A DNA stretch of 62,087 nt, taken from positions 1 through 62,087 of the forward strand of contig JBEPVB010000001.1 in assembly GCA_041691215.1 (NCBI GenBank). Direction: 5' to 3'. How positions within the stretch are numbered: position 1 is the stretch's first letter; the number at the start of each line of letters is the position of its first letter. The notes under the pieces were generated by a model. It did no database searches. It saw only the letters and a list, made by a program, of their open reading frames with translations, and had not been told where the DNA came from. Of this stretch, positions 49,701 through 58,021 are shown piece after piece. Source of the DNA: Chloroflexota bacterium (GTDB lineage: Bacteria > Chloroflexota > Limnocylindria > Limnocylindrales > CSP1-4). The translations under genes were made by a program, and so were the position numbers.

Positions 49701-50067
49701 GCTGCTTGCAGAGGCTGACGAACTCGGCGATGCCGTAGGCCTCGATGTCCCGCTTCGAGGTGAAGCCGAGGTCGCGCTCGACGTTGACCTCCACCCAGAG
49801 GCCCTGGCAGTCGAAGCCGTTCTGCCAGCGCTCGGCCTCGCCGAGCATGGCGTGAAAGCGCTGGAAGAGGTCCTTGTAGGTCCGGCCCCAGGCGTGGTGG
49901 ACGCCCATCGGGTTGTTGGCCGTGATAGGCCCGTCCAGGAAGCTCCAGCGAGGCCCGCCCGCGTTCTGCGCCCGGAGTTCCGCGAACGTCCCGCGCTCCC
50001 GCCAGAAGGCGAGGGTCTCGTGCTCCATGGCGACGAGATCCGGGCGCGTCGGAACGGGTCGGAACAT
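46720..50067 (-). CDS. ileS: Isoleucine--tRNA ligase (long, 1115 aa).
   Basis: N-terminal class I signature region ...PITANNPMGVHHAWGRTYKD and the editing and anticodon-binding regions. Confidence 0.97.
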   Translation of the reverse strand: MFRPVPTRPDLVAMEHETLAFWRERGTFAELRAQNAGGPRWSFLDGPITANNPMGVHHAWGRTYKDLFQRFHAMLGEAERWQNGFDCQGLWVEVNVERDLGFTSKRDIEAYGIAEFVSLCKQRVLTFAARQTEQSIRLGYWMDWNDPDELRRLRDLLAADPTQVATTQGPNGPVTDTVEMLVGRLGMPDFGGSYFTFSNENNDLIWGFLAECHRRGWIYKGHDTMPWCARCGTGISQHEMTEGYQDRDDPGLTVRLPLIDRPGESLLVWTTTPWTLTSNVAAAVGPRLTYVKVRRGEDLLWLSKGTLRTALQGSFEVLEERPGTDLVGWGYAGPFDDLPAVEAAFAKGTRDEPDAPYVHRVVAWDEVGEDEGTGIVHIAPGCGAEDFVLGKSLGLPIIAPLDESGIFLDGFGALSGRDVRDVTEPIVEHLHREGRFERLETYRHRYPHCWRCGTALVFRLVDEWYISMGEVYDQPRETLTREQVDRSLRYQIMEVVDQIRWIPGFGYERELDWLLNMHDWMISKKRYWGLALPIWVCNECGTFDVISGHDDLGERAVEGWDSFAGHTPHRPYIDEVTIKCRACGGRSRRIPDVGNPWLDAGIVPFSTLHFREDPEFWKNWFPADFITESFPGQFRNWFYAMLAMSTVLRRQAPFKTIFGYATLFGEDGRPMHKSWGNAIEFDEAAERMGVDVMRWLYMSARPDDNILFGWHTADEARRRLLVLWNVYAFFITYARLVDWQPGVGDPPPAERSPMDRWILSRSAALAAGAHDRLADFDALGATRLIETFIDDISTWYVRLSRRRFSRGGGADRGAAFATLHAALVTVARVAAPILPFLAEELYGNLVTGTDAGAPHSVHLTRFPTAELAPFRDERLENAMAVARRAVDLARTLRGTAGLKVRQPLARLWVALPGGDIHELDALVALIAEEVNVRHVEVIDDESTLVERRVKVLLPKVGKRLGAQIPAVMAAAREGSVAIRPDGSVELAGVILAPDEVEILATPRPGTVVAHDDGLLVVIDTGLTDDLRAEGDARELQRAIQDLRKEAGLALDDRIELHVEGLAPAVAGHLGGVAEATLADLLPEPPPGATTGTVSLEAGPATIALRRHPDAGRSGA

Positions 50068-50149
50068 CTGGCCTCACGAGCTGGTTGGGGGTCCGCGGAC
50101 GACGGCGGAGACGCCGATCGACCCGGGCGCGGTCGACATCGGGTGCCTG

Positions 50150-50155
50150 TATCCT
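50150..50155 (+). promoter_or_regulatory. Candidate -10 element (TATCCT) placed 7 nt from the LCP-gene ATG, implying a leaderless transcript.
   Basis: TGCCTGTATCCTACCCGCGATG. The complementary strand reads TAGGAT (50151-50156), a possible divergent ileS -10. Confidence 0.35.
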
Positions 50156-50162
50156 ACCCGCG

Positions 50163-51968
50163 ATGCAGCCCGCGCACGAGGTGCCCCCGCGCCGACGCTC
50201 GGCATTCGTGGCGGCGTTCCTGTCGCTGCTCTTCCCCGGCCTTGGCCATGTCTACCTCGGCCTGCCGCGGCGGGCCCTCGGCTTCGCCGCGCCGCCCATC
50301 CTCATCGGGGCGCTCATCGCCGGGATCGCCGTCCGGATGGATATCTTCGAGCTGGCAGGCCTGGCGATCCAGGAATGGTTCATCGCCGCCGTCTTCGTCA
50401 TCAACCTCGTGGCCCTCGCCTATCGGGCGGCGGCGATCGTCGATGCCTGGCGCATCGCCCGCTGGATGAGCGCCACCGGCGGGGTCGCTGCTCGCCGGAC
50501 GACGTCAGGCCGCGGGTCCGGGGTCGGGCTCGGCCCGGTGGCCGCGCTGGCGGCGGTCCTCCTCGTCATGGCCACGCTGCACGTGGCGGTGGCCCGCTAC
50601 GACCTCCTCCTCGCCGGCACCACGGCCTGCATCTTCGACACGACCGCCACCGGCTGCGACGGCGGACCGGCCGCATCTGGCGATGCCTCGAACGCGCCGA
50701 CGGACGAGCCCTCCGCGACGCCCGAGCCGAGCGCCGTCGGCACGGCCGTGCCGTCGAGCAGCATCCCGCCCTGGAACGGCACGGAGCGGCTGAACATCCT
50801 GCTCATCGGCGCCGACGAGCAGGGCGGCGGCCACAACACCGACACCATGATCGTGGTCTCCATCGACCCCAAGACCAGCCAGGTCGTGATGTTCCAGCTG
50901 CCGCGCGACACCGTGGACGTGCCGATCCCGACCGGCAGCCCGGCCCGCAAGCTGTTCGGATCCGTCTACTCGGGCAAGATCAACTCCTACTTCGTGGCCG
51001 TCCGCCATCGGGCCGACCTCTACCCCGGCACGGACCAGACCCGCGGCTACACCGGGCTCAAGGACGTCCTCGGCAGCCTCTACGGGCTCGACATCAAGTA
51101 CTTTGTCGAGGTCAACTTCGACGGCTTCCGCAAGATCGTCGACGCCCTCGGCGGGGTCACCATCAACGTCCAGGTGCCCGTCGTCGACGATGCCTACCCG
51201 GCCGGCGGCGGCGCCCTCCAGCGGGTCTACATCCCGTCGGGGGTACAGCACATGAGCGGCGCCGACGCCCTCGTGTACGCCCGCTCGCGGCACGCCTCGA
51301 CCGACTTCGACCGCGGCGCCCGCCAGCAACGCGTCCTCCTCTCGCTCCGCCAGCAGACCGACATTGCCCGGGTCCTGCCCCATCTCGACGACCTCGCCGC
51401 AGCCCTCTCGGCATCCCTCCGGACCGACATCCCCAGGGACCTCTTCCCGCGCCTCCTCGGCCTCGCCGAGAAGGTCACGACCCGGAGCGTCCGGTCCTTC
51501 GTCTTCACGCCACCCTTCTACCAGACCCAGATCCTCAGCGACCCGAACCACAACGGGTCGTACGTCATCATCCCCAAGGTCGATCGCATCCGGGCCGCGG
51601 TTCGGGATGCGTTCACGGCCGATCCGACGATCGTGGACCGGCGCGAGGCGATCTCGGCCGAAGGAGCGTCGGTCTATGTCCTCAACGGCGCGCGCCAGGC
51701 GGGCCAGGCCGCCGGGATCGCGGACTACCTGGAGTTCCTCGGGATTGCTGCCTCGGCGCCCGCCCAGAAACCGGACGTCAGCGGCCTCGGCCCCACGACG
51801 ATCAGGGTCTACAACGGGGCGGAGACCTCGATGCCCCTGACGATCGCGGCCCTCGAAGGGGTCTTCGGGGTCAAGGCCCAGCTGCTGGCCGATCCGGCCG
51901 CCGTTGCCGACATCGTGATCATCACCGGCACGGGCACGCCGAGCCTGACGCCGCCGCCAATTCCCTAG
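50163..51968 (+). CDS. LCP (LytR-CpsA-Psr) family cell-envelope glycopolymer ligase.
   Basis: N-terminal TM region (FLSLLFPGLGHVYLG), LCP core LNILLIGADEQGGGHNTDTMIVVSIDP...LPRDT and a C-terminal LytR_C-like domain. The start is set at ATG 50163. Confidence 0.88.
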   Translation: MQPAHEVPPRRRSAFVAAFLSLLFPGLGHVYLGLPRRALGFAAPPILIGALIAGIAVRMDIFELAGLAIQEWFIAAVFVINLVALAYRAAAIVDAWRIARWMSATGGVAARRTTSGRGSGVGLGPVAALAAVLLVMATLHVAVARYDLLLAGTTACIFDTTATGCDGGPAASGDASNAPTDEPSATPEPSAVGTAVPSSSIPPWNGTERLNILLIGADEQGGGHNTDTMIVVSIDPKTSQVVMFQLPRDTVDVPIPTGSPARKLFGSVYSGKINSYFVAVRHRADLYPGTDQTRGYTGLKDVLGSLYGLDIKYFVEVNFDGFRKIVDALGGVTINVQVPVVDDAYPAGGGALQRVYIPSGVQHMSGADALVYARSRHASTDFDRGARQQRVLLSLRQQTDIARVLPHLDDLAAALSASLRTDIPRDLFPRLLGLAEKVTTRSVRSFVFTPPFYQTQILSDPNHNGSYVIIPKVDRIRAAVRDAFTADPTIVDRREAISAEGASVYVLNGARQAGQAAGIADYLEFLGIAASAPAQKPDVSGLGPTTIRVYNGAETSMPLTIAALEGVFGVKAQLLADPAAVADIVIITGTGTPSLTPPPIP

Positions 51969-52047
51969 CGGCAACCTCGGCTCCCGAGCCGGCGTTCGCC
52001 CTCCAAGGTCCAGGGCGGAGCTCCGTGACGCCACTGGGCCCGAGGAT

Positions 52048-53787
52048 TCAGGCCTTCTCGGTGACCCGATACTCGAGGTAGCGGCCGGCCATGAGCCGCG
52101 TCTGGGCATCGAGGGCCGGCAGGTTCGAGAAGAGCAGCCCGACGAACGGCAGGAGCAGCCACTGGACGCGGCTCATCACGTTCCGGAAGAGGCCCCAGGC
52201 GGCCGGCCGGGGCGGCGCTATCCGTTCCTCGACGTACATGAGGACGGCCAGGCAGCCGAACGCGCCCGTGAGCAGCCACGAGGCGTAGAGCGGCAGGTTC
52301 TGGCCGAGGGTCGTCTCGGCGAAGGCGGGATTCAGGACGAGGGGCAGGTTCGACCCGAAGATGATCACGAACGGGGCGATCGCCCAGTTGAGATGGTCGA
52401 GCCAGAGGTCGATCAGGCGCCGGATCCGCACGTGGCGCGGGATCTCCGAGTGGGCAAAGGCATTCCGGATGTAGTACGGGATGTCGGTCACGCCCCACGC
52501 CCAGCGCCGGATCTGCGTGTACTGCTCGATCAGCGAGCGCGGATACGACCGTGCCCGGACGGCATCGCCGTAGATGGGCATGAAGAGGGGGATCGCCCGG
52601 AACTCGCCGCTGTAGCGAAAGAACGACTTCCAGTAGAAGCGGCTGTCCTCGGGGATCGCGTCCGTCGCCCAGTAGTCGACCTCGTGGACCGTCTGGAGGC
52701 TGACCGAGTACGACGAGAAGCTGATGAGCCGCTCCGGCGTCAGGGACCGCCACATCTGGACGTGGGTCGCCCCGATGGCGACCAGGCGGATCGGCAGCGG
52801 CGTCTGCCACAGGTTGTTGTGGAACATCGGGACCGGCTGGAAGAGGCGCCGGAAGCGATCCGGATCGGTCAGGAAGGTCCAGCTCAGGTAGCCGAAGTAG
52901 CGCCGATGGACGCGGTAGTCCGAGTCGAGGTCGGTGACCAGGACCTCGCTGGGATCGAAGCCCAGGCGCTTGAGCTCGCGATACAGCCAGCGGCCGCCAT
53001 AGGCCATCGCGCTGCTCTTGCCGACCACGTGCCCCGGCTCGAGGGGATCGAGGATGTGGAAGAAGTGGAGGAAGCGGCTGCCGAAGATCTCGCGCAGGCG
53101 GGCGACGTTCTCCCGGCCGGCCATGTCGGTCTCGCGAGTGATGATCGCGACCATTCGTCGCCCGGCCGGCCAGTCGGTCTCGGCCAGGGCCCGGACGGTC
53201 TCGAACAGCTTCTCGTACGGCTCGGTGTAGGTCGGGACGAGGGCGACGTGCCACAGGCGATCCGGATCCGGGATCGAGTCGCCGCGGCGGGCGAGGAGCC
53301 GGAGGAGGTCCTGGCGCTCGGCCCGCAGCCGGTCCAGCTCGCGACGGCCACCCTCGGCCGCCAGGCGCTCACCCGCCCGGCTGAGCCCCTCGATTCGCCG
53401 GGCGATCGCCGGCATCCGGCTCTCGATGAGGGCGATGCGGCCGGGCACATCGCGGAGGGCATACGCCCGGGCCCGCCAGTCGACGTCGACGGTCCGCCGG
53501 ATCTGGGCGGCCGCCACGGCCACGCTGCCGGTCAGCATCGCCGCCTTGTACAGCCAGTAGACGTCGAAGGTCAGGACGAACCAGGCCACGACCTGGGGCC
53601 AGCGGAACGACAGGCCGATGGACCCGACGATGAGCGTCCAGGTGATCGCCCCCGGAACGATCTCGAGGAGTCGCTGGATCCGCCGGTTGCGGGGCAGGGC
53701 AACGGCTTCGACCGGCGCGCTCGCCCGCGATGAATCGCCGGGGTTTCGGCCCGCCTCGATCGGGACGGGTCGAGCGGCTTCAGCCAC
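52048..53787 (-). CDS. Membrane-embedded family-2 glycosyltransferase of the processive synthase type.
   Basis: D-rich motifs (VTDLDSD, EDSRF) and a QxxRW motif (QIRRWAWG), flanked by TM segments. A coiled-coil insert follows the first TM pair. Confidence 0.8.
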   Translation of the reverse strand: MAEAARPVPIEAGRNPGDSSRASAPVEAVALPRNRRIQRLLEIVPGAITWTLIVGSIGLSFRWPQVVAWFVLTFDVYWLYKAAMLTGSVAVAAAQIRRTVDVDWRARAYALRDVPGRIALIESRMPAIARRIEGLSRAGERLAAEGGRRELDRLRAERQDLLRLLARRGDSIPDPDRLWHVALVPTYTEPYEKLFETVRALAETDWPAGRRMVAIITRETDMAGRENVARLREIFGSRFLHFFHILDPLEPGHVVGKSSAMAYGGRWLYRELKRLGFDPSEVLVTDLDSDYRVHRRYFGYLSWTFLTDPDRFRRLFQPVPMFHNNLWQTPLPIRLVAIGATHVQMWRSLTPERLISFSSYSVSLQTVHEVDYWATDAIPEDSRFYWKSFFRYSGEFRAIPLFMPIYGDAVRARSYPRSLIEQYTQIRRWAWGVTDIPYYIRNAFAHSEIPRHVRIRRLIDLWLDHLNWAIAPFVIIFGSNLPLVLNPAFAETTLGQNLPLYASWLLTGAFGCLAVLMYVEERIAPPRPAAWGLFRNVMSRVQWLLLPFVGLLFSNLPALDAQTRLMAGRYLEYRVTEKA

Positions 53788-54748
53788 CGATGGGGATCGG
53801 CGTCACCCAATGCGCGAGCGCCGGCGTCCGTCCCCGAACGGCGTCGAAGTAGGCGTCCCGGATCCGCCGAGTGATCGGACCGACGGCGCCCGTGCCGACG
53901 GGTCGGTGGTCGAGCTCGATCACCGGCGAGATCTGGACACCCGTGCCGCACAGGAACATCTCGTCGGCGATGTAGATCTCGGAGCGATCGATGGACCGGA
54001 CCTCGAGGACGAGGCCCAGCCGCTCGGCCAGCTCGAAGATGGCCTTCCGGGTCACGCCCTCGAGGATGTCGTCGTTGACCGGCGGGGTCAGGAGGACCCC
54101 GTCACGAACCACGAACATGTTGGCGGCAGAGGCCTCCGAGGCATGGCCGTCCGCGGCCAGGACCAGCGCCTCGTCGTAGCCGTTGAGCTCGGCCTCGCTC
54201 TTCTGGAAGGCCATGTTCACGTAGCCGCCGACGATCTTGCCCCGGGCCGGGAGGGCCTCATCGGCGTTGCGGCGCCACGACGAGGTCATGAGCCGAACGC
54301 CCTTGTCGACATCGATGTAGTTGCCGAAGGGGACGGCGAAGATCACCAACTCGTGCTCGAGGTGGTGGAGCCGGACGCCCACGCTGCGACTCGACTTGTA
54401 GAAGCACGGCCGGATGTAGAGGTCCTCCCGGAGCCCGTTGCGGCTGGCCGTCTCGACCACCAGGGAGACGAGTTCGTCGGTGCTCGGGAGGTTCTCCATG
54501 AGGAGCATCCCGGCGTTCTTTCGGATCCGCTCCATGTGCTCCCGGAGGAAGAGCCCATAGAGCTGGTTCAGGTCCGCGTTCCAGTAGGCCCGAATGCCTT
54601 CGAAGACGGCCGTGCCGTACATGAAGGCGTGGGTCATGATGCCGACCTTGGCGTCCCGCTGGGGGACGAAGGCGCCCTCGAAGTAGCAGATCAGGTCATC
54701 GAGATCCGGGGCGGTGGCGGCCGGCTTGGGTGCCTTTTCGGTCAGCAT
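53780..54748 (-). CDS. ilvE: Branched-chain amino acid aminotransferase.
   Basis: Fold-type IV aminotransferase sequence (YGTAVFEGIRAY...; GKIVGGYVN...). Confidence 0.92.
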   Translation of the reverse strand: MLTEKAPKPAATAPDLDDLICYFEGAFVPQRDAKVGIMTHAFMYGTAVFEGIRAYWNADLNQLYGLFLREHMERIRKNAGMLLMENLPSTDELVSLVVETASRNGLREDLYIRPCFYKSSRSVGVRLHHLEHELVIFAVPFGNYIDVDKGVRLMTSSWRRNADEALPARGKIVGGYVNMAFQKSEAELNGYDEALVLAADGHASEASAANMFVVRDGVLLTPPVNDDILEGVTRKAIFELAERLGLVLEVRSIDRSEIYIADEMFLCGTGVQISPVIELDHRPVGTGAVGPITRRIRDAYFDAVRGRTPALAHWVTPIPIGG

Positions 54749-54807
54749 GCGGCGCGGCTCCTGGGTGATCGCGGCGGCGGCCGCGGGACGTCGTCGATTT
54801 GGCCGCG

Positions 54808-54813
54808 AGTATA
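54808..54813 (-). promoter_or_regulatory. Candidate -10 element (TATACT) for ilvE.
   Basis: The minus strand reads CTCAGGCTATACTCGCGG about 60 nt upstream of the ilvE ATG. Confidence 0.3.
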
Positions 54814-54862
54814 GCCTGAGGTTGCCCGGGGCCCGGCCGAGTGAAGGATGACGACCACCAGT

Positions 54863-55912
54863 TCAGGCGGCCCGAAGCGCGACCATGATGATGAAGGCGA
54901 CGTAGCCGACGTACAGGACCCCGCCACCGAGGAGGGCCCGGCCCGTCAGGCGGCCGCGGCGGACCATCGGGATGCCGATCAGGGCGACCGACGCGAAGGC
55001 GACCGCTGCCGACAGGAACGCCGGCAGGCTGCTCGGCTGGATCCACCAGGTCTCGGGCGCCAGGGCGAGGGCGATGGCCGTCGGGATGCAGGCCTGGAAG
55101 ACCATCGCCCCGGTGATGTTGCCGATGGCCAGGGTGTCCTTGCCCTGTCGGATCCAGATCACCGCGTTGACGGCTTCGGGCAGCTCGGTGGCCATCGGCG
55201 CGACGAGGAGGGCGAGGAGCGCGTCGTCGACGCCCAGGCTCTCCCCGATCGCCTCGACGGATCCGACGAACAGGGACGCGCCGACGACGATGAGGGCGGC
55301 GGCGGCGATGACCTGGACGAGGACGACCCGGACCCGCGGCTCGCCCGTGTCGAGGTGAAAGGCGTGGCGCTCCAGGCGGTGGAAGCGGAGCGGCTCGAGG
55401 TCGCCCAGCTCCGAATCGGCTTCCTCACCGAGGTGCCGCCGCGCATACCAGCCGTAGGTGACGACGAGGACTGCGGCACCGAGGATCCGGGGCAGCTCGG
55501 CGCCCACCGGCAGGAGCCCCAGGCCGATGGCGAAGGCGTAGGCGATGACGAACGTCCGGACGTCATGGGCGACGACGTTCGTCTTGACCACCACCACGTC
55601 GCCCGAGGCACGCACGCGGCGGCTGGCCAGGACCATGATGCCGGTGACGGCCATGGCCAGGGTGGCCAGCATGAACGGCGCGCCGAGCACGGCGCCGACG
55701 CCGACTCCATGCGAGTGCGGGCCGCTGCTGAAGAGGATTGCGATGACCGGGATCATTGTCTCCGGCAGGGCCGTTCCGACTGCGGCGAAGACCGAGCCAA
55801 CGGCCCCCTCGGCGAGGCCCATCTTCCGACCGAGCCACTCGATGCCGTTGGTGAAGAGCTCGGCACCGGCGAGGATGACCACGAAGGCGACGACGAGGAG
55901 CAGGAGGGGCAT
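54863..55912 (-). CDS. Ca2+/cation antiporter (CaCA, YrbG-like).
   Basis: Two alpha-repeats (AAVGTALPETMIPV and APMATELPEAVNAV) and about 10 TM segments. ATG 55912 lies 2 nt after the upstream stop. The rest of track ORF 54863..56473 was trimmed. Confidence 0.85.
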   Translation of the reverse strand: MPLLLLVVAFVVILAGAELFTNGIEWLGRKMGLAEGAVGSVFAAVGTALPETMIPVIAILFSSGPHSHGVGVGAVLGAPFMLATLAMAVTGIMVLASRRVRASGDVVVVKTNVVAHDVRTFVIAYAFAIGLGLLPVGAELPRILGAAVLVVTYGWYARRHLGEEADSELGDLEPLRFHRLERHAFHLDTGEPRVRVVLVQVIAAAALIVVGASLFVGSVEAIGESLGVDDALLALLVAPMATELPEAVNAVIWIRQGKDTLAIGNITGAMVFQACIPTAIALALAPETWWIQPSSLPAFLSAAVAFASVALIGIPMVRRGRLTGRALLGGGVLYVGYVAFIIMVALRAA

Positions 55913-55914
55913 CG

Positions 55915-56319
55915 TCAGACGGCCGCGGTGCCGGGGCTCGGCCCGGCGATGCCGATGACCACGCCGAGCAGGATGACCACGAGGACCAGGATCGCGACGG
56001 TCGCCATCGCCCGATCCCCGGCCCGCCAGAAGCCCACCACCGAGACGCCCACCCGGACCGCGGGCGTCGCCAGGACGGCGATGAGGCCGAGCCAGAGGAA
56101 GGCCTCCGGCCGAAGGGCCACGAGGTCGCCGACCAGGCGACCAGGCTCGAGCGGCGGCGCCGCGTCGAGCGGCGACCGGCCTGTGGCGAGTATCGCGACC
56201 ACGCCGATCGCGATCAGCGTCACGGCGCCATAGGTGCCGACCCGAAGGATCCGGGCGATGCGGCCCTCCAGGCCGGCGGCGCGAACGACCGTGCTCGAGC
56301 CCTGCTCCATGGCGCTCAC
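55915..56319 (-). CDS. Small membrane protein, DUF1634-like.
   Basis: 134 aa with 3-4 TM segments, overlapping the stop of the upstream TauE/SafE gene. This is the usual DUF1634 context. The family call is from memory and unverified. Confidence 0.65.
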   Translation of the reverse strand: MSAMEQGSSTVVRAAGLEGRIARILRVGTYGAVTLIAIGVVAILATGRSPLDAAPPLEPGRLVGDLVALRPEAFLWLGLIAVLATPAVRVGVSVVGFWRAGDRAMATVAILVLVVILLGVVIGIAGPSPGTAAV

Positions 56320-57164
56320 GAAAGGCCCAGCGCCCGACGGGCCATCTCGTAGGCCGTGTACAGGAGGACCGCCGTGAACAGCAGCCGGAGGGCCCGGACG
56401 TCGACGCGATGGGCAAGGCGCGAGCCGATGGTCGCCCCAACGAAGACCCCGATCGCGGTCGGACCGGTGGCATACGGGTCGATGCCGCCCCGGATGAGAT
56501 AGATCCAGGCGCTCGTCGAGGCCGTGATCCCGATCATGAGGTTGCTGGTGGCGGTCGCCACGCGCAGGGGGACACCCATCAGGAGGTGCAGCACGGGGAC
56601 CTTGACGAGCCCGCCGCCGATTCCGAGGAGGGCCGAGGCAACGCCGGCCACGATGCTGCCCCCGAAGCCGGGCACGAGGTTGCGGACGGTGTAGTCATCG
56701 CCCGAAAGGCGGGCGATGAAGCCGTCCTCCTCGTCGGCGCCTGGTGGCCCGGCCGCTCGCAACTCCGCGGCCTTTCCCCCGGCCGGCTCCGCTGCGGCCG
56801 CCTGGGGCTTCGGCCTGGCCATCGTGATCGCCACGTAGGCCATGAGGGCGGCAAACAGGCCGGCCAGGAGCCGCTCGTCGAGGAGGAAGGCGATCAGCCC
56901 GCCGAGCAGGGCACCCATCGCCGTGAACAGCTCGAGGACCATCCCCAGGCGCAGGTTCGCGACCCGCCGCTCCAGGAAGACCCCGGCCGAGGCGCCACTG
57001 GTGACGATGACGCAGACCAGCGAGACGCCGATCGACTCGCGCAGCGGCAGCCCGAATCCGAGGGTCAGGAGGGGCACGATGAGGAGGCCGCCGCCGAGGC
57101 CAAGGAGGGATCCGAAGATGCCCACCCCGACCCCGCCGACGAGCATCAGGAGGGCGATGCCCAT
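56316..57164 (-). CDS. TauE/SafE-family anion (sulfite-type) exporter.
   Basis: Repeated GGGLLIVPLL and GIGGGLVKVPVL motifs, about 8 TM segments. Confidence 0.85.
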   Translation of the reverse strand: MGIALLMLVGGVGVGIFGSLLGLGGGLLIVPLLTLGFGLPLRESIGVSLVCVIVTSGASAGVFLERRVANLRLGMVLELFTAMGALLGGLIAFLLDERLLAGLFAALMAYVAITMARPKPQAAAAEPAGGKAAELRAAGPPGADEEDGFIARLSGDDYTVRNLVPGFGGSIVAGVASALLGIGGGLVKVPVLHLLMGVPLRVATATSNLMIGITASTSAWIYLIRGGIDPYATGPTAIGVFVGATIGSRLAHRVDVRALRLLFTAVLLYTAYEMARRALGLS

Positions 57165-57218
57165 GGCGAACCGCCCTCGTCAGGCGTGGACGTCAGGCGC
57201 CGCTGCCGGATCGCCCGA

Positions 57219-57485
57219 TCAGGGTCGGAGGTGCTGCGGGGCGTACGGCAGAAGCGCCACGTGGCGGGCTCGCTTGAGGGCCACCGAGAGCTCGCGCTGG
57301 TGTCCGGCGCACGTGCCGGTCTTCCGTCGCGGCTCGATCTTCGCCCGCTCCGAGAGGTAGCGGCGGAGGCGGTTGACCTCCTTGTAGTCGATGACGACGG
57401 TCTTGTCGGCGCAGAACGAGCAGACCTTCCGGCGACGTCGGTCGCGGTAGAAGTCGTCCTTCTTGCGTGAGCGTGGTGCGGGCAT
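57219..57485 (-). CDS. rpsR: 30S ribosomal protein S18.
   Basis: ...[45 protein letters not shown]... Confidence 0.95.
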   Translation of the reverse strand: MPAPRSRKKDDFYRDRRRRKVCSFCADKTVVIDYKEVNRLRRYLSERAKIEPRRKTGTCAGHQRELSVALKRARHVALLPYAPQHLRP

Positions 57486-57544
57486 GCGTCGGGTCTCCTC
57501 GCGGCGCCCGTGGCGGGCGCTGGATGATCAGGGTCGGGTGGCGG

Positions 57545-58009
57545 TCAGAAGGGAAGCTCGTCGATCTCGGTGTCGTCGAAAGCGCCGGCAGGGCCACCGC
57601 CGGCAGGGCCACCGCCGGCCGGTGCGCCGGCCGCCGCGCCGGCCGCGTTCGGTGCCCCGGCAAAGGTGCCCTCCTGGTCACGTCGATCGAGGCCGATGAC
57701 GTTGTCGGCGCTGACATCGAGGGACATGCCCTTTCGGCCATCGTTGGTCTCGTATTCCCGGGTCCGGAAGCGCCCGTCGACAAAGACCCGGGCGCCCTTG
57801 CGGAGGTTCTCCGCGGCGCGCTCGGCACGATCGCCCCAGACGCTCACCCGGAACCAGTCGGTTGCCTCCACCCACTCGCCGGTCTGCTGGTTCTTCGTCG
57901 CCTGGTTGACGGCGACGCTGAACGTGGCGACCGGGCGGCCGTTGGGGGTGTACCGGAGCTCGGGGTCTCGACCGAGGTTGCCGATGATCTGGATCTTGCA
58001 CAGGGCCAT
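57545..58009 (-). CDS. ssb: Single-stranded DNA-binding protein.
   Basis: OB-fold N-terminus (IIGNLGRDPELRYTPNG), Gly/Ala/Pro linker and acidic tip DDTEIDELPF. Confidence 0.95.
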   Translation of the reverse strand: MALCKIQIIGNLGRDPELRYTPNGRPVATFSVAVNQATKNQQTGEWVEATDWFRVSVWGDRAERAAENLRKGARVFVDGRFRTREYETNDGRKGMSLDVSADNVIGLDRRDQEGTFAGAPNAAGAAAGAPAGGGPAGGGPAGAFDDTEIDELPF

Positions 58010-58021
58010 CGGAAACTCCTC

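Noticed and set aside
50068-50162. T-box leader upstream of ileS.
   Set aside because: The region is only 95 nt long. I found no T-box consensus (AGGGTGGNACCGCG-like) and no Stem I/antiterminator layout by eye. A covariance-model scan would be decisive.
51969-52047. Bidirectional terminator between the convergent LCP and GT2 genes.
   Set aside because: Only weak, short GC palindromes occur here (for example CGGCTC-CC-GAGCCG, whose 2-nt loop is too small), and there is no U/A tract. This is not supportable as a terminator.
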